Shown: positions 1 through 13,202 of the stretch, piece by piece
Layout: each line of letters begins with the position of its first letter
Numbering within the stretch: position 1 is the stretch's first letter
From: the human T2T-CHM13v2.0 reference genome, Homo sapiens
Strand: one strand, 5' to 3'
DNA length: 64,000 nucleotides
Assembly (NCBI RefSeq): GCF_009914755.1
Contig: NC_060929.1
The notes under the pieces: generated by a model
What the model was told of the DNA's origin: nothing
The model's input: the letters and a program-made list of their open reading frames with translations, nothing else
The model's database searches: none
Program-made: the position numbers and the translations under genes

Positions 1-373
1 CTGGTGGTCTTCCCATCTCAGCCTCCCAAGTACCTGAGGACTACTCAAACCTTCTTCCTCTGGTTTTTTTCTAACCCCACTTTCAGTTTATTTCCACAGT
101 ATTTAGACTGACTTGCTGTTGGATGTGTCTCTCTCTTCAGGGGACACATCTCACATATAACAACACCCATAGGCTGAAGGTAAAGGGATGAATAAAGATC
201 TATCACGAAAACCGAAGACAAAAAGAGAGAAGGGGTCACTATTCTTATATCACATAAAACAGACTTTAACAACAATAAAAAAGGACAAATAAGGGCATTA
301 CCTAATGATAAAAGTTTCAGTTTAACAAGAAGACCTCACTTCATAAATAGGCACCAAACATTAAAGCACCCCG

Positions 374-546
374 ATTTATATATATATATATATAATATAT
401 ATATTTATAATATATATAATATATATTTATAATATATATTATATATATATTTATAATATATATTATATTATATTTATAATATATATTATATATATAATAT
501 ATATTATATATATATTTATAATATATATTATATATATATTTATAAA
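374..546. repeat. Pure-AT (TA)n-derived minisatellite inside the L1
   Basis: ~170 bp with only A/T; recurring 22-24 bp unit tttataatatatattatatatata. Confidence 0.95.
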
Positions 547-2452
547 ATACTTCTAGGCCTACAATAAAACTTAGACAATCACACAATAATGGGGGGCAGG
601 ACTTCAACACTCCCACTGATAGTGTTAGGCAGATCATTGAGGCAGAAAGCTAACAAAGAAATTCTGGACTAAAATTTAACACTGACCAATTAGAAATAAT
701 AGACATCTACAGAATATCCCACTCAAAAAACTACAGAATATACATGCTTGTCATCTGCACATGGAACATACTCTAAAGCTGACCACATGTCCAGCCATTA
801 AACATGTCCAGCCATTAAACATGTCCCAGTAAATTCAAAAAAATTGAAATCATACTACGCATACTCTTGGACCACAGTGAAATAAAAATAGAGACCAATA
901 TTAAGAAGATCTATCAAAGCCACACAATTACATGAAAATTAAACTACTTGCTTCTGAATGACTTTTGAGTAAACAATGAAATTTATGCAGAAATCAAAAA
1001 CTCTTTGATATTAATGAAAAGAGAGATACAGCATATCAAAATCTCTGGTATACAGCAAAAGTAGTATTAAGAGGAAAGTTTAGTGCTGAACACCTACATC
1101 AAGGAGTTAGAAAGATCTCAAATTAAAATTCTAACATCACACATAGAGGAATAAGAAAAACAAAAATAAACTAACCCCAAAGCTAGCAGAATAAAAGAAA
1201 TAGCTAAAATCAGAGCAGAACTGAATGAAATTGAGACCTGAAAAATCTATACAAAGGATCAGCAAAACCAAAAGTTCCTTCTCTGAAAGGATAAACATGA
1301 TCAATGGATTGCTAGCTAAATTAATAAAGAAACAAGAGAGAAGATCCAAATAAGCACAATCAGAAATGACAAAGGTGACATGACAGGTAATCCCTGAGAA
1401 ATAAAAAAGATCTTGAGACTATTATAAACACCTGCATGCACACAAACTAGGAAATCTAGAGGAAATGGGTAAATTTCTGGAAACATGAAATCTCCCAAGA
1501 TTGAATCAGGAAGAAATTAAAACCCTGAACAGAACAATATGAGTTCTGAAATGGAATCAATAATAATAATAATAAAATCCTACCAAACAAAAGAAAGCCC
1601 TGAACCAGATGGATCCACAGCTGAATTCTACCAGATGTACAAAGAAGAGTCCCTGAATCTATTCCAAAAAATTGAGGAGAAGGAATTCCTCCCTAACTCA
1701 TCCTATGAAACTACCATCATCCTGAACCAAATTCTGTCAAAGACATAATGAAAAAAGAAAACTACCGGCTAATATCCTTGATGAATATAGACACAAAAAT
1801 TCTCAACAAAATACTAGTAAACTGAATACAGCAGCACGTGAAAAACTTAATTCACCACAGTCAAGTAGGCTTTATTCCTGGGATGCAAGCTTGGTTCAAT
1901 ATGCACAAATCAACAAACGTGATTTACCACATAAAGAGAATTGAAAACAAAAAACACATAATCATCTAAATAGATACAGAAAAAGTGCTTGATAAAATCC
2001 AACATTCTTTCATGATAAAAGCTCTCAACAAACTAGGCATTGAAGAAACGTAACTCAAAACAGTAAGAGACATCTATTACAAACTCACAGCTAACATCAT
2101 ACTCAATGGGCAGAAGCTGAAAGCATTCCCCTTAAGAACCAGAACAAGACAAGTATACAGACTCTCGCCCCTCCTATTTAATATAGTGCTGAAAGTCCTG
2201 GAAAGAGCAATCAGGCAAGAGAAAGAAAGAAAATACCTCCAAATTGGGGAAAAAAGAAGTTATCTCTCTTCCATGACAAGATGGTTCTATACTTGGAAAA
2301 CTGTGAAGGCTCCATCAAAAGGCTGCTAGAACAGTAAATAACTTTCATAAAGTTTCAGGATACAAAATCAATGTGCAAAAATCAGTAGCATTTCTATACA
2401 GCAATACACTAAAGCCAAGAACCAAATCAAGAACACAGCCCCATTTACAATA

Positions 2453-2460
2453 GACACACA

Positions 2461-2492
<32 letters not shown>
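2453..2492. repeat. (CA)n microsatellite
   Basis: Directly visible CA run. Confidence 0.95.
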
Positions 2493-2493
<1 letters not shown>

Positions 2494-5400
2494 CCTACAA
2501 ATACATCTAACCAAGGAGGCGAAAGATCTCTACAGGGAGACCTATAAAACACTGCTCAAAGAAATCAGAGAAGGCACAGATGGAAAAACAGTTCATGGTC
2601 ATGGATTGGAAGAATCAACATCATTAAAATAGCCTGACTGCCCAAAGCTATTTGCAGATTCACTGTTATTCCTCTCAAACTACCAACATCATTTCTCACA
2701 GAATTAGAAAAAAAAAAATCTGTTCCAAAATTCATATGGAACAACCAAAAAAAGAGCCCAAATAGCCAAAGCAATCCCAAGCAAAAAGAACAAAGTTGAG
2801 GAGGCAGCACATTACCCAACTTCAAACTATACTACAAAGTTACCATAACCAAAACAGCATGGTACTGGTACAAAAACAGACACATAGACTGATGGAAAAG
2901 AATAGAAAACCCAGAAATAAAGCCATACACCTACAACTAGCTGACCTTTGACAAAGTAAACAAAAATAAGCAATGGTAAAAGGACTCCCTATTCACTACA
3001 TGATGCTGGGATAACTAGCTAGCCATATGCAAAAGAATGAACCTGGACCCCTACCAACCACCACACATAAAAATTAACTTAAGGTGGATTAAAGACTTAA
3101 CCGTATGACCTCACACTGTAAAAGTCCTAGAAGAATGCCTAAGAAATACTCTTCTAGACATCTGCTTTGGCAAAGAATTTATGACTAAGTCCCAAAAAGC
3201 AATTCCAACAAAAACAAAAATTGACGAGTAGCACGTAATTAAACTAATGAACTTCTGCATAGAAAGAGAAACTGTCAACACAGTGAACAGACCACTTATA
3301 GAACAGGAGAAAATATTCACAAACTATGCATCTGACAAAAGTCTAATATATCCAGAATCTGTAGGGAGCATAAATAACTCAACAAAGACAAAACAAATAA
3401 TTGTCTGTTATTGGTGTATAACAGACAATTAAAAAAATGGCAAAGAACATGAACAAACACTTCCCAAAAGAAGACACAGAAGTGGCCAACAATCATATGA
3501 AAAAAAATACGCCATATCACTAATCATCAGAGAAATGCAAATCAAAACCATGAGATACTATCTATCTCACACTAGTCAAAATGGCTTTTGTTAAAAAGTC
3601 AAAAAATAACAGAAGTTGTTGAGGTTGTGGAGAAAAGGGAATGCCTATACACTGTTGGTGGGAATGTAAATGAGTTCACCCACTGTGAAAAGCAGTTTGG
3701 AGATTTCTCAAAGAACTAAAAGTAGAACTACAATTTGACTGAGCAATTCTTTTTCTGAGTATATGCCCAAAAGAAAATAAATTATTGTTCCAAAATTACA
3801 CATGTACTCGTTCATCACAGCACTATTCACAATAGCAAAGACATGGAATCAACCTAGGTGCCCATTAATGGTATATTGGATTTAAAACATGTGGTGCATA
3901 TACACCATGGAACACTACACAGCTATAAAAAAGAACAAAATCATGTCTTTTGTAACAACGCAGATGCATGTGGGGGCCATTATCCTAAGTGAATTACTGC
4001 AGAAACAGATAACCAGTTTCCACATGTTTTCACTTATAAGTGGGAACTAAACATTGAGCACGCAGGGACTAAAGATGGGAATGATAGACACTGGAGACTA
4101 ATAGAGAGGGAAGAGAGGAAGGTGAGTAGGGGTTGAAAAACTACCACAGTACCCTACCTATTGGGTACTATGCTCACTACCTGGGTGACAGAATCAATCA
4201 TACCCCAAACCTCAGCGTCATGCAATATGCTACACATGTACCAAACCTGCACATGTACCCCTGAATCTAAAATAAAATCTGATTTTTTAAAAAAAGAATA
4301 GACTAAAAGAGAGAAAATTATCTTTATAGGATAACAACTTTATCTTTTACATATCCTTTTTACAATATGCTATAAAATAAAAACTCAGTAATTGGATATC
4401 TCTATAAAACCAACAAAATAACTGATTGAAAGTACGAGTTCTTCTTCACCAACACTTGTAGGTGATCCATGTCAGGAGAAATAAAGAATGTAATTGACTC
4501 AGGGAATGGTGACTAATAATTCAACAGGATGTAATAGAGGAAAGTCTCATCGCTTCATGACTAAGCCTCTTGATTTACTAATAGAGACTGGACTATGAAA
4601 AAATAGCAGATTCCCCTTAACTGGACAGGGAAAAAAAGATAATTCTTAGTTGATTATATTTCTTGATCTATTTATTTCTTCTAAGAAATGCTCATTTTTT
4701 CATTGACTAACTTTTATAAGCAATCAATATGATAAAAAACAGTTACCTTACTTCATTTTTTGCAACTTTTTTTCATCTGCTATAAATGCTATAAATGAAT
4801 TCTGAAGAGTGTGGGGTAACTAATACTCCATGGGTATTATGTAAAATGAGTTTCTAAATAATGAGATAATAACAAATGGGTCAAAAAATAATCAAAGGAT
4901 CACAGTAAGGGTAAAGACAGATTAGCCTTCAATATCAGCATCCTCAAAATGTAAAATGAAGCAAAATAATTAAGACTCCTTATAATAGAATTTTATTTTG
5001 CTGTGATTTTCCTTCACACTTTTGTGGTCTTTATTTAATACCTGTTGATGTGGACTAAAGAACCAAAATTGACAAGACTAACTGCAAATAAAGACATTGG
5101 TATGTGTATGAGATTTACACCATTTCAATAGCTTGCCAGAGAATTTCCATTCTAAAGTCCTAAGATGAATGCCTAATCTGACCAGGCATCTTGTAGATGT
5201 AGTCTTCACCCAGGTGCTTGTCAGAATGGAATTCCATGTAATGGAGGCAAATTACTACTGTTTACAAATATGACCAGGAGGAAAGAACTGGGATGAGTCA
5301 TTACAACCTATCACCTCTATAAGAATAAAGTACTCAATGCCTTCAAAAATAGCTTAGAGAAGAGAGATTGCATTGTGAGATTTGGATGTGGGACCTTTAA

Positions 5401-5579
5401 AGGTAGAAGCAGGAAGTGTAATATTTAACTCCCAGTCCTTCCCTTAGTCCTCCAATAGAGGCTTAATTCAAATTCTGGGAAAGGGAAAGTGGTTGTTAAG
5501 GATTTTCCTAACTCAAAACATGTAGGCTTTAGAAGGCCCTGTCTGTTGGTCAAAATAGGTTCTTGCCAGGTCATAATCT

Positions 5580-5990
5580 ATTTGTTTATTTGATAAGTTT
5601 TTATTGGGTGGCCTGTAGTGCCAGTTACTGTGCCAAGTAATAGAAATACAAAGATAAATGAGGCAGAGTTCTTGTCCTTAAGGAATCTGTATCAAAGTCA
5701 AGGAGCCACATAAGCAAGACACTGACGACACAGTGAAATGGGTGCTGATTTGTTCCAACTGAGGGCAAAGGGAGAGGTCAAGGAAGCTCTCCTTGAAAAG
5801 TAACCTAGGAAAGAAATTTTGGAAGGTAGCAAAAAAAGGACATATTAGCAAATTGCTCCAGATACATGAAGAAGATGTTCAAAGTGTGTAAAGAAAGCAC
5901 AGCAAAGACTTGTGGAATTAATAATGGTTGAATTGTTGGAGTAATCAAGGGCTATATTGTGAGAGCTCTTATGTGCCAGGCAGTTTGAAG
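5580..5990 (-). mobile_element. L2 LINE fragment
   Basis: Degenerate L2 3'-end pattern (tttattgggtggcctgtagtgccagttactgtgc...aaagataaatgaggcagagttcttgtcctt). Confidence 0.6.
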
Positions 5991-6057
5991 GAAGGCTTTG
6001 AGGAACAATTAAAGAATGGTAATCAGGAAGTGTTTTAGAAAGTTTATTCCATATTAG

Positions 6058-6555
6058 TGAGAGAAGAGAGACAGACCCTCTCAAATTGTTTTATATTGTT
6101 TTATACTGAGAAAAGGAAAGAGAAACAACACTAAAGGCAAGTAGCCCGGCGCCTAGGATCCAGACCTGAAACCAAGGAACCAGACCAGAAACTAGGCCTG
6201 GGCCTGCCTGACCTAAGCCTGGTAGTTAAAATTCGACCCCTGACCTAGCAACTGATGTTATCTATAGATTCCAGACATTGTATAGAAAGACATTGTGAAA
6301 CTTCCCAGTCTGTTCTGCTTCACTCTGACCACTGGTGCATGCAGCCCCTGTCACGTACCACCTGCTTGCTCAATCGATCACGACCCTCTCATGTGGACCC
6401 CCTTAGAGTTGTGAGCCCTTAAAAGGGACAGGAATTGCTCACTGGGGGAGCTCGGCTCTTGAGACAGGAGTCTTGCCGATGCTCCTGGCCGAATAAACCC
6501 CTTCCTTCTTTAACTCGGTGTCTGAGGAGTTTTGTCAGCAGCTCGTCCTGCTACA
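6058..6555 (+). mobile_element. Solo ERV1-class LTR (LTR15-like)
   Basis: TG...CA termini, exact 4-bp TSD TTAG (6054-6057 and 6556-6559), AATAAA at 6492, ERV1-type U5 end (gctcgtcctgctaca). Confidence 0.88.
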
Positions 6556-8562
6556 TTAGGGTGGAGTCAACCATAGACTAAAAACATTTACAAGGTAGAA
6601 CAAAAGTCAAGGTAGTCTTGATTGGGAAAAAAAGTCTTGAGTGTGAAAAATATTAATGATGTTGAATTAAAATTCTGCTGCAGAGGGGTATCCTCTATTT
6701 TGTGTTCTGATTTCCAAAATTCAAGAAGCTCCTACTATTTCTTACCTCCTGAAGACTTCTAAAATGTCTCTCTTTCCTGCTTGCATGGTAGTGTCCCAAG
6801 GCATGATATTTTTCTCTCAAGACTTGACCCAGAATTCATCTAAACATATAAAGTATATTAAATAACAAATTTATTTTCAACAATACATGCTTCAAATAAA
6901 TATCTAATGAGATACATTATTCTCATCGGTTTGTAAACTCAGAATTATAAATGCTCTCTTCAGAATTCCTCAAAATTAAAAATATCAAGCAACTTTGACA
7001 ATATGGAATGTTTCCTTCTCATTTCTTAACTGCTGATTTCTATACTCTAGAAAAGCAAGCATATCAATATGTTCTCTGATTCATAATCATGCCCTATCTT
7101 ATTTTTTCTCAATATGACCTAATTCTGACATTATCTTACTCTAATTCTTTGTCAGTTTTTCTCACTCATCACTTGCCTACTGTTGGCACCAAAACCTCGT
7201 ATCTGTCTACTATGCTGTAACTCATCTCTTCAATTGCCGTTCATCTTCTCAAGACTGTTCACAAACTACATCATCATATATACATGTGTGATTGTGTATA
7301 TGTACAAAGCCAGCCTTGATATCCAATCATCATACTATCTAATATCATAGACATGAAGTTACTCATTTACTAGCAAGACCTGGGGCCCTTAAGTCACCTT
7401 GATATTAAGATTCTCACCCAAGACACTACATTCTATTCATAGAAACAGATATTCCATCATATTCAGCTATGGTATGAAAGAGAAAAATCAGACTCTGAAC
7501 AGTTACCACACATGGAACAAAAGACTTACCTTCATAGGATACCATATAGCCAACTCTAACAATGCTGGCAGTAAAGACTCAACCCTTGCCTGATATCTAA
7601 TCTTTTAATAATTACATATATGTGCCTTGGTCTTTTGCTTTTTACCTTGTTGCTTTTCACTTTTACCTCATCATCACTACTTCCAGTCTTCTGCAATTTC
7701 TTGATACGAAGTTTGTTTTCCTGACTTTCCCTCAGCTTCCATGTTAAGTCATGGAATTTTATTTAATGTCTTCCTCAACTTAGTTACCACCCAGTTCTTC
7801 TAGTCATACAATCTGGATAGCCATAGCCCTGATGATCTATTCATTCTTAAAATAAAACTGAGTTCCTCCCTGTACCCTCATTTACTCCACAGAAACTGAT
7901 GATTTGGACACTCCAACAATTTGTTTGTGTACATATACCAAAAACAATCAGTATGAGATGTTGTAATATCTTAATTCATTGTTCTATTACCTCATAAAAG
8001 GGGAGTAACCTCAATATTTAGGTGGATTTATACACTTTGGTTTGTTTGAATTGCTTTGGTTTGGTTTTTATCAGCATTCTCAAAGTCTTTGACTTCTGGT
8101 GTTTGTCAACTCTATAATTAATTTTAGTGTATACTAAGCTCTGAAATAATGTTAGCAAATCATTTCCATAAATAATTTATTATTTTTCTAATACATTAGA
8201 AGCTATGTAATGATGATTATCTTAATAAAAAATCCCACAAAAAGAATTTTCTACTCAAGTGTAAATTCCTAAAATTTACTATATCTACTTAAGTATAATA
8301 TTCCTAATTTTCTGTAGCAGATGCATATTGTGCCCTTAATACAGTTACAGTTTTAGTCATGACGCACACTTACACATGGAATCAATTTCAATATCAACTA
8401 TCCTTATTTGGATAGTACATGTGTGCTCATGTTGTACAAGTTTTTATTCTCCCCTCAGAAGAAAAGTGCAGATAAGATTATCATCTCATAATCTCAACAT
8501 AAGCAGTACAGAGGAGAAATGACCAATTCCATATAATTATAAATTATAAGTGATTCATAGTA

Positions 8563-10725
8563 CAGGTGTACCTTGGAGATACTGTAGATTTGGTTCCAGA
8601 CCACCACAATAAAGTGAATAAAGTGAGCCACACTTTTTTTTTTGGTTTTGTAGTGCATATAAAAATTATACTTACACTATTGTCTAATAAATGTGTAATA
8701 AGACTATGTCTAAAAATTCACATATCTTAATTAAAAATACTTTATTTCCAAAAAATGCTAACAATTATATAAGCCTTCAGTAAGTTGTCATCTTTTTGCA
8801 GGTATAGGGACTTGCCACGATATTGATGGCTGCTGATGGATCAGGGTGATGGTAGCTAAAAGTTTGGGTGGTTGTGGCAATTTCTTAAAATAAGACAACA
8901 GTGAACTTCACTGCATCTATTGATCCTTCCTTTCATGAAAGATTTTTTGTAGCATGTGATGCTATCTGATAGCAGCATTTCACCTACTGTTTCAAAACTG
9001 GAGTTAATCTTCTCAAATCCTGCCACTGCTTGATCAACTAATTTTTTGATGTCCTTTCAACAATGTTCATAAGATCTTCACAAGAAGTAGATTCCATCTC
9101 AAGAAACCACTTTATTTATTCATCCATAAGAAACAACTCCTTATCTGTTCAAGTTTTATCATGAGATTGTAGCAATTTGGTCACATCTGCAGACCCCACT
9201 TATAATTCTCTTGTAATTTCCACCACATCTGCAATTACTTCCTCCACGGAAGTCTTGAACCCTTCAAAGTCATCTATGAGGGTTAGAATCAACTTCTTCC
9301 AAACTCCTGTTAATGTTGACATTTTGACCTCCTCCCATTAATCATGAATGTTCTTAATGGCATCTAGAATGGTGAATCCTTCACAGAAGGTTTTCAATTT
9401 ACTTTGCCCAGATCCATCAGAGAAACCACTTTCTATGATAGCTACAGCCTTACAAAAAGTATTTCTTAAATAATAAGACTTGAAAGTTGAAATTACCCCT
9501 TGATCCATGAGAATTGGCAGGCACAAAAACAACATTAATTTTCATGTCCATCTCCATCAGAGCTCTTGGATGACCAGATGCATTGTCAATGAGCAGTGAT
9601 ATTTGAAAATGAATCTTTTTTTACTGAGCAGTAGGTCTCAACAGTGGGCTTAAAATATTCAACAGATCAAGCTATAATCAGATGTGCTGCCATCTGGGTT
9701 TCGTGATTTCATTTACAGTGCATAGGAAAAGAAGATTTAGCATAATTCTTAAGGAGCCTACAATTTTCAGAATGAGTTTGGCTTTAAGTTAAAGCCAAAT
9801 GAGCACTGGCTTAAACTTAAAAGTCACCAGCTGCATTAACCCTAACAAGAGAGTCAGCCTGTTCTTTGAAGTTTTGAAAGGAGACACTGACCTCTGTAGC
9901 TATAAAAGGCCTAGATGGCATCTTTTTATAATGGAAGGCTGTTTTGTGCACATTGAAAATCTGTTGTTTAGTGTAGCCACCTTCATCCATGATCTTAGCT
10001 AGATCTTTTTGGACATTTGCAGTAGCTTCTACAACAGAACTTGCTGCTTCACTTTTCACTCTTATGTTATAAAGATGGCTTCTTTCTTTAAATGGTATGA
10101 ACCAAACTGCTAGCTTCCAACTTTTCTTCTGCAGCTTTCTCACTTCTCTTAGTCTTCATAGAATAAAAGAGAGTGAAGGCCTTGCTCTGGATTAGACTTT
10201 GGCGTAAGAGAATGTTGTGGTTAGCTTAATCTTTTATCCAGACCACTCAAACTTTGTCCATATCACCAATATGGAGCAATCAGTTTCATTTTCTTATCAT
10301 GTGTATGTTCACCACATGATGTGCATGTTCAATTTCCTTCAAGAACTCTTTCTTTACATTAACAACTTGGCTAACTGGTGCAAAAGGCCTAGTTTTTGTC
10401 CTGCTGTAGCTTTCAACATGCCTTCCTCAATAAGCTTAATCATTTCTAGCTTTTGATTTAAAGTGAGAGATGTATAAGGCTTCCTTCCACTTGTATACTT
10501 AGAGGCCATTGTAGAGTTATTAAGTGGTCTAATTTACATTCTGTTTTGTCTCAGGGAATAGGGAGGCCAGAGGACAGGGAGAAAGACAAGGGAATGACAT
10601 ATCAGTGGAGCAGTCAGAACACATGCAATATTTGTCTATCAAGTTTGCCATCTTATATAGGTGTGGTTTGTAGCACTCCAAAACAATTAAAACAGTAGCA
10701 TCAAAGACCCCTGATCACAGATCAC
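8563..10725 (-). mobile_element. Tigger1 DNA transposon (TcMar), near full length, transposase disrupted, one end missing
   Basis: TA then terminal caggtgtaccttggagatactgtagatttggttccagaccacc; minus-strand remnants [17 protein letters not shown] (9338-9535) and [12 protein letters not shown]...GGYTKQQIFNV (9817-10143). Confidence 0.93.
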
Positions 10726-11222
10726 ATAGCACTTATTCTAAAATTAACCACATAATTGGAAGTAAAACACTTCAGCAAATGCAAAAGAACAGAAATCACA
10801 ACAGTCTCTCAGACTACAGTGCAATCAAACTAGAACTCAGGATTAAGAAACTCACTCAAAACTGCACAACTACATGGAAACTGAACAACCTGCTCCTGAA
10901 TGACTACTGGGTAAATAACAAAATTAAGGCAGAAGTAAATAAGTTTTTTGAAACCAATGAGAGCAAAGACACAATGTACCAGAATCTCTGGGACACAGCT
11001 AAAGCAGTGGTTAGAGGGAAATTTATAGCACTAAATTCCCACAGGAGAAAGTGGAAAAGATCTAATATCAACATCTTGACATCACAATTAAAAGAACTAG
11101 AGAAGCAAGAGAAAACAAATTCAAAAGCTAGCAGAAGACAAGAAATAATAAAGATCAGAGAAGGACTGAAGGAGATAGAGACACGAAAAACCCTTTAAAA
11201 AATCAATGAATCCAGGAGCTGG

Positions 11223-11535
11223 GTTTGTTTGTTTGTTTGTATGTTTGTTTGTTGAGACAGGGTCTCACACTGTCACCCAGGCTGGAGTGCAATGGTGTGA
11301 TCTTGACTCACTGTAACCTCTGCCTCCTGGGTTAAAGGGATTCTCCTGCCTCAGCCTCCCATGTAGCTGGGATTACAGGCACCTGCCACCACACCCGGCT
11401 AATTTTTTGTACTTTTAGTAGAGACGGGGTTTCACTATGTTGGCCAGTCTGGTCTTGAACTCCTGACCTCATGATCTGCCCACCTCAGCCTCCCAAAGTT
11501 CTGGGATTACAGGCATGAGCTACTATGCCTTGTCA
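11223..11535 (-). mobile_element. AluS inserted into L1 ORF2
   Basis: Full Alu dimer in reverse with (TTTG)n-converted tail; L1 resumes at ttttgaaaagat. Confidence 0.93.
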
Positions 11536-11724
11536 GTTTTTTGAAAAGATTAAAAAATAGATAGACTGCTCCCCAGACTAATAAAGAAGAATAGAGACGA
11601 GAATCAAATAGACACAATACGAAATGTTAAAGGGGAGATCACCACTGATCCCACAGAAAGGCAAGCTACCATCAGAGAATACTGTAAACACATCTATGCA
11701 AATAAACTAGAAAATCTAGAAGAA

Positions 11725-12630
11725 ATGAATAAATTCCTGGACACATACACCCTCCCAAGACTAAACCAAGAAGAAGTCAAATCCCTGAATAGACCAATAA
11801 CAAGTTCTAAAATTGAGGCGGTAATAAGCCTACCAACCAAAAAAAGCCCAGGACCAGATGGATTCACAGCTGAATTCTGCCAGAGGTACAAAGAGGAGCT
11901 GTTGCCATTCCTTCTGAAACTATTCCAATCAATAGAAAAAGAGGGACTCCTCCCTAACTCATTTTATGAAGCCAGCATCATCCTGATACTAAAACCTGAC
12001 AGAGACACAACAAAAAAAGAAAATTTCAGGCCAATATCCCTGACGAACATCAATGCAAAAACCCTCAGTAAAATGCTGGTAAACCAAATCCAGCAGCACA
12101 TTAAAAAGGTTATCCACCATGATCAAGTCAGCTTCATTCCTGGGATGCAAGGCTGGTTCAACATATGCAAATCAATAAGCATAATGCATCACATAAACAG
12201 AACCAATGACAAAAACCACATGATTATCTCAACAGATGCAGAAAAAGCCTTCAATAAAATTCAACAGCCCTTCATGCTAAAAACACTCAATAAACTAGGT
12301 ATTGGTAGAATGTGTCTCAAAATAATAAGAGCTATTTATGACAAATCCACAATCAATAGCATACTAAATGGACAAAAGCTAGAAACATTCCCTTTGAAAA
12401 CTGGCACAAGACAAGGATGCCCTCTCTCACCACTCCTATTCAACATAGTATTGGAAGTTCTAGCCAGGGCAATCAGGCAAGAGAAGGAAATAAAGGGTAT
12501 TCATGTAGGGAGACAGGAAGTCAAATCATCTTTCTTTGCAGATGACATGATTATATATTTAGAAAACTCCATTGCCTCAGCCCAAAAACTCCATAAGCTG
12601 ATAAGCAACTTCATCAAAGTCTCAGAATAA
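11725..12630 (+). pseudogene. L1 ORF2p reverse transcriptase remnant (301 aa open segment)
   Basis: [45 protein letters not shown] and FADD motifs; flanked by stops, frameshifts and an Alu insertion. Confidence 0.93.
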
Positions 12631-13088
12631 AAAATCCATGTGCAAAAATCACAAGCATTCCTATACACCAATAATAGACAAACAGAGAGCCAAATCATGA
12701 GTGAACTCCCATTCACAATTGCTACAATGAGAATAAAATACCTAGGAATACAAGTTACAAGCGATGTGAAGGACCTCTTCAAGGAGAACGACAAACCACT
12801 GCTCAAGGAAATAAGAGAGGACACAAACAAATGGAAAAAAAAAAAACATTTCATGCTCACGGATAGGAAGAATCAATACCATGAAAATGGCCATACTGTC
12901 CAAAGTAATTTATAGATTCAATGCTATTTCCATCAAGCTACCATTGACTTTCTTCACAGAATTAGAGAAAACTAATTTAAATTTCACGGACCACTAACCA
13001 GACTAATAAAGAAGAAAAGAGAAAAGAATCAAATAGATATAATATAAAATAAACCAAGAAAGAGTCCACATTGTCAAGACAATCCTAA

Positions 13089-13202
<114 letters not shown>

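Larger units (their letters stand above)
133..4296 (+). mobile_element. LINE-1, L1PB-type, 5'-truncated within the ORF2 endonuclease region; ORF2 disrupted
   Basis: Continuous L1 ORF2 similarity (ORF 1539-1748 [18 protein letters not shown]), L1PB-type 3'UTR (ctacctattgggtactatgctcactacctgggtgac...acctgcacatgtaccc), A-rich tail ~4288. Confidence 0.93.

Noticed and set aside
341-637. 98-aa Y/I/N-rich ORF
   Set aside because: Translation of the AT minisatellite
7520-7535. Consensus minus-strand splice donor AAG|GTAAGT (similar sites near 24864 and 56553)
   Set aside because: No convincing paired acceptor or recognisable coding frame; such motifs arise by chance, though non-coding exons cannot be excluded
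8563-10725. Domesticated Tigger transposase gene (TIGD1-like)
   Set aside because: Transposase broken into short ORFs by stops and frameshifts
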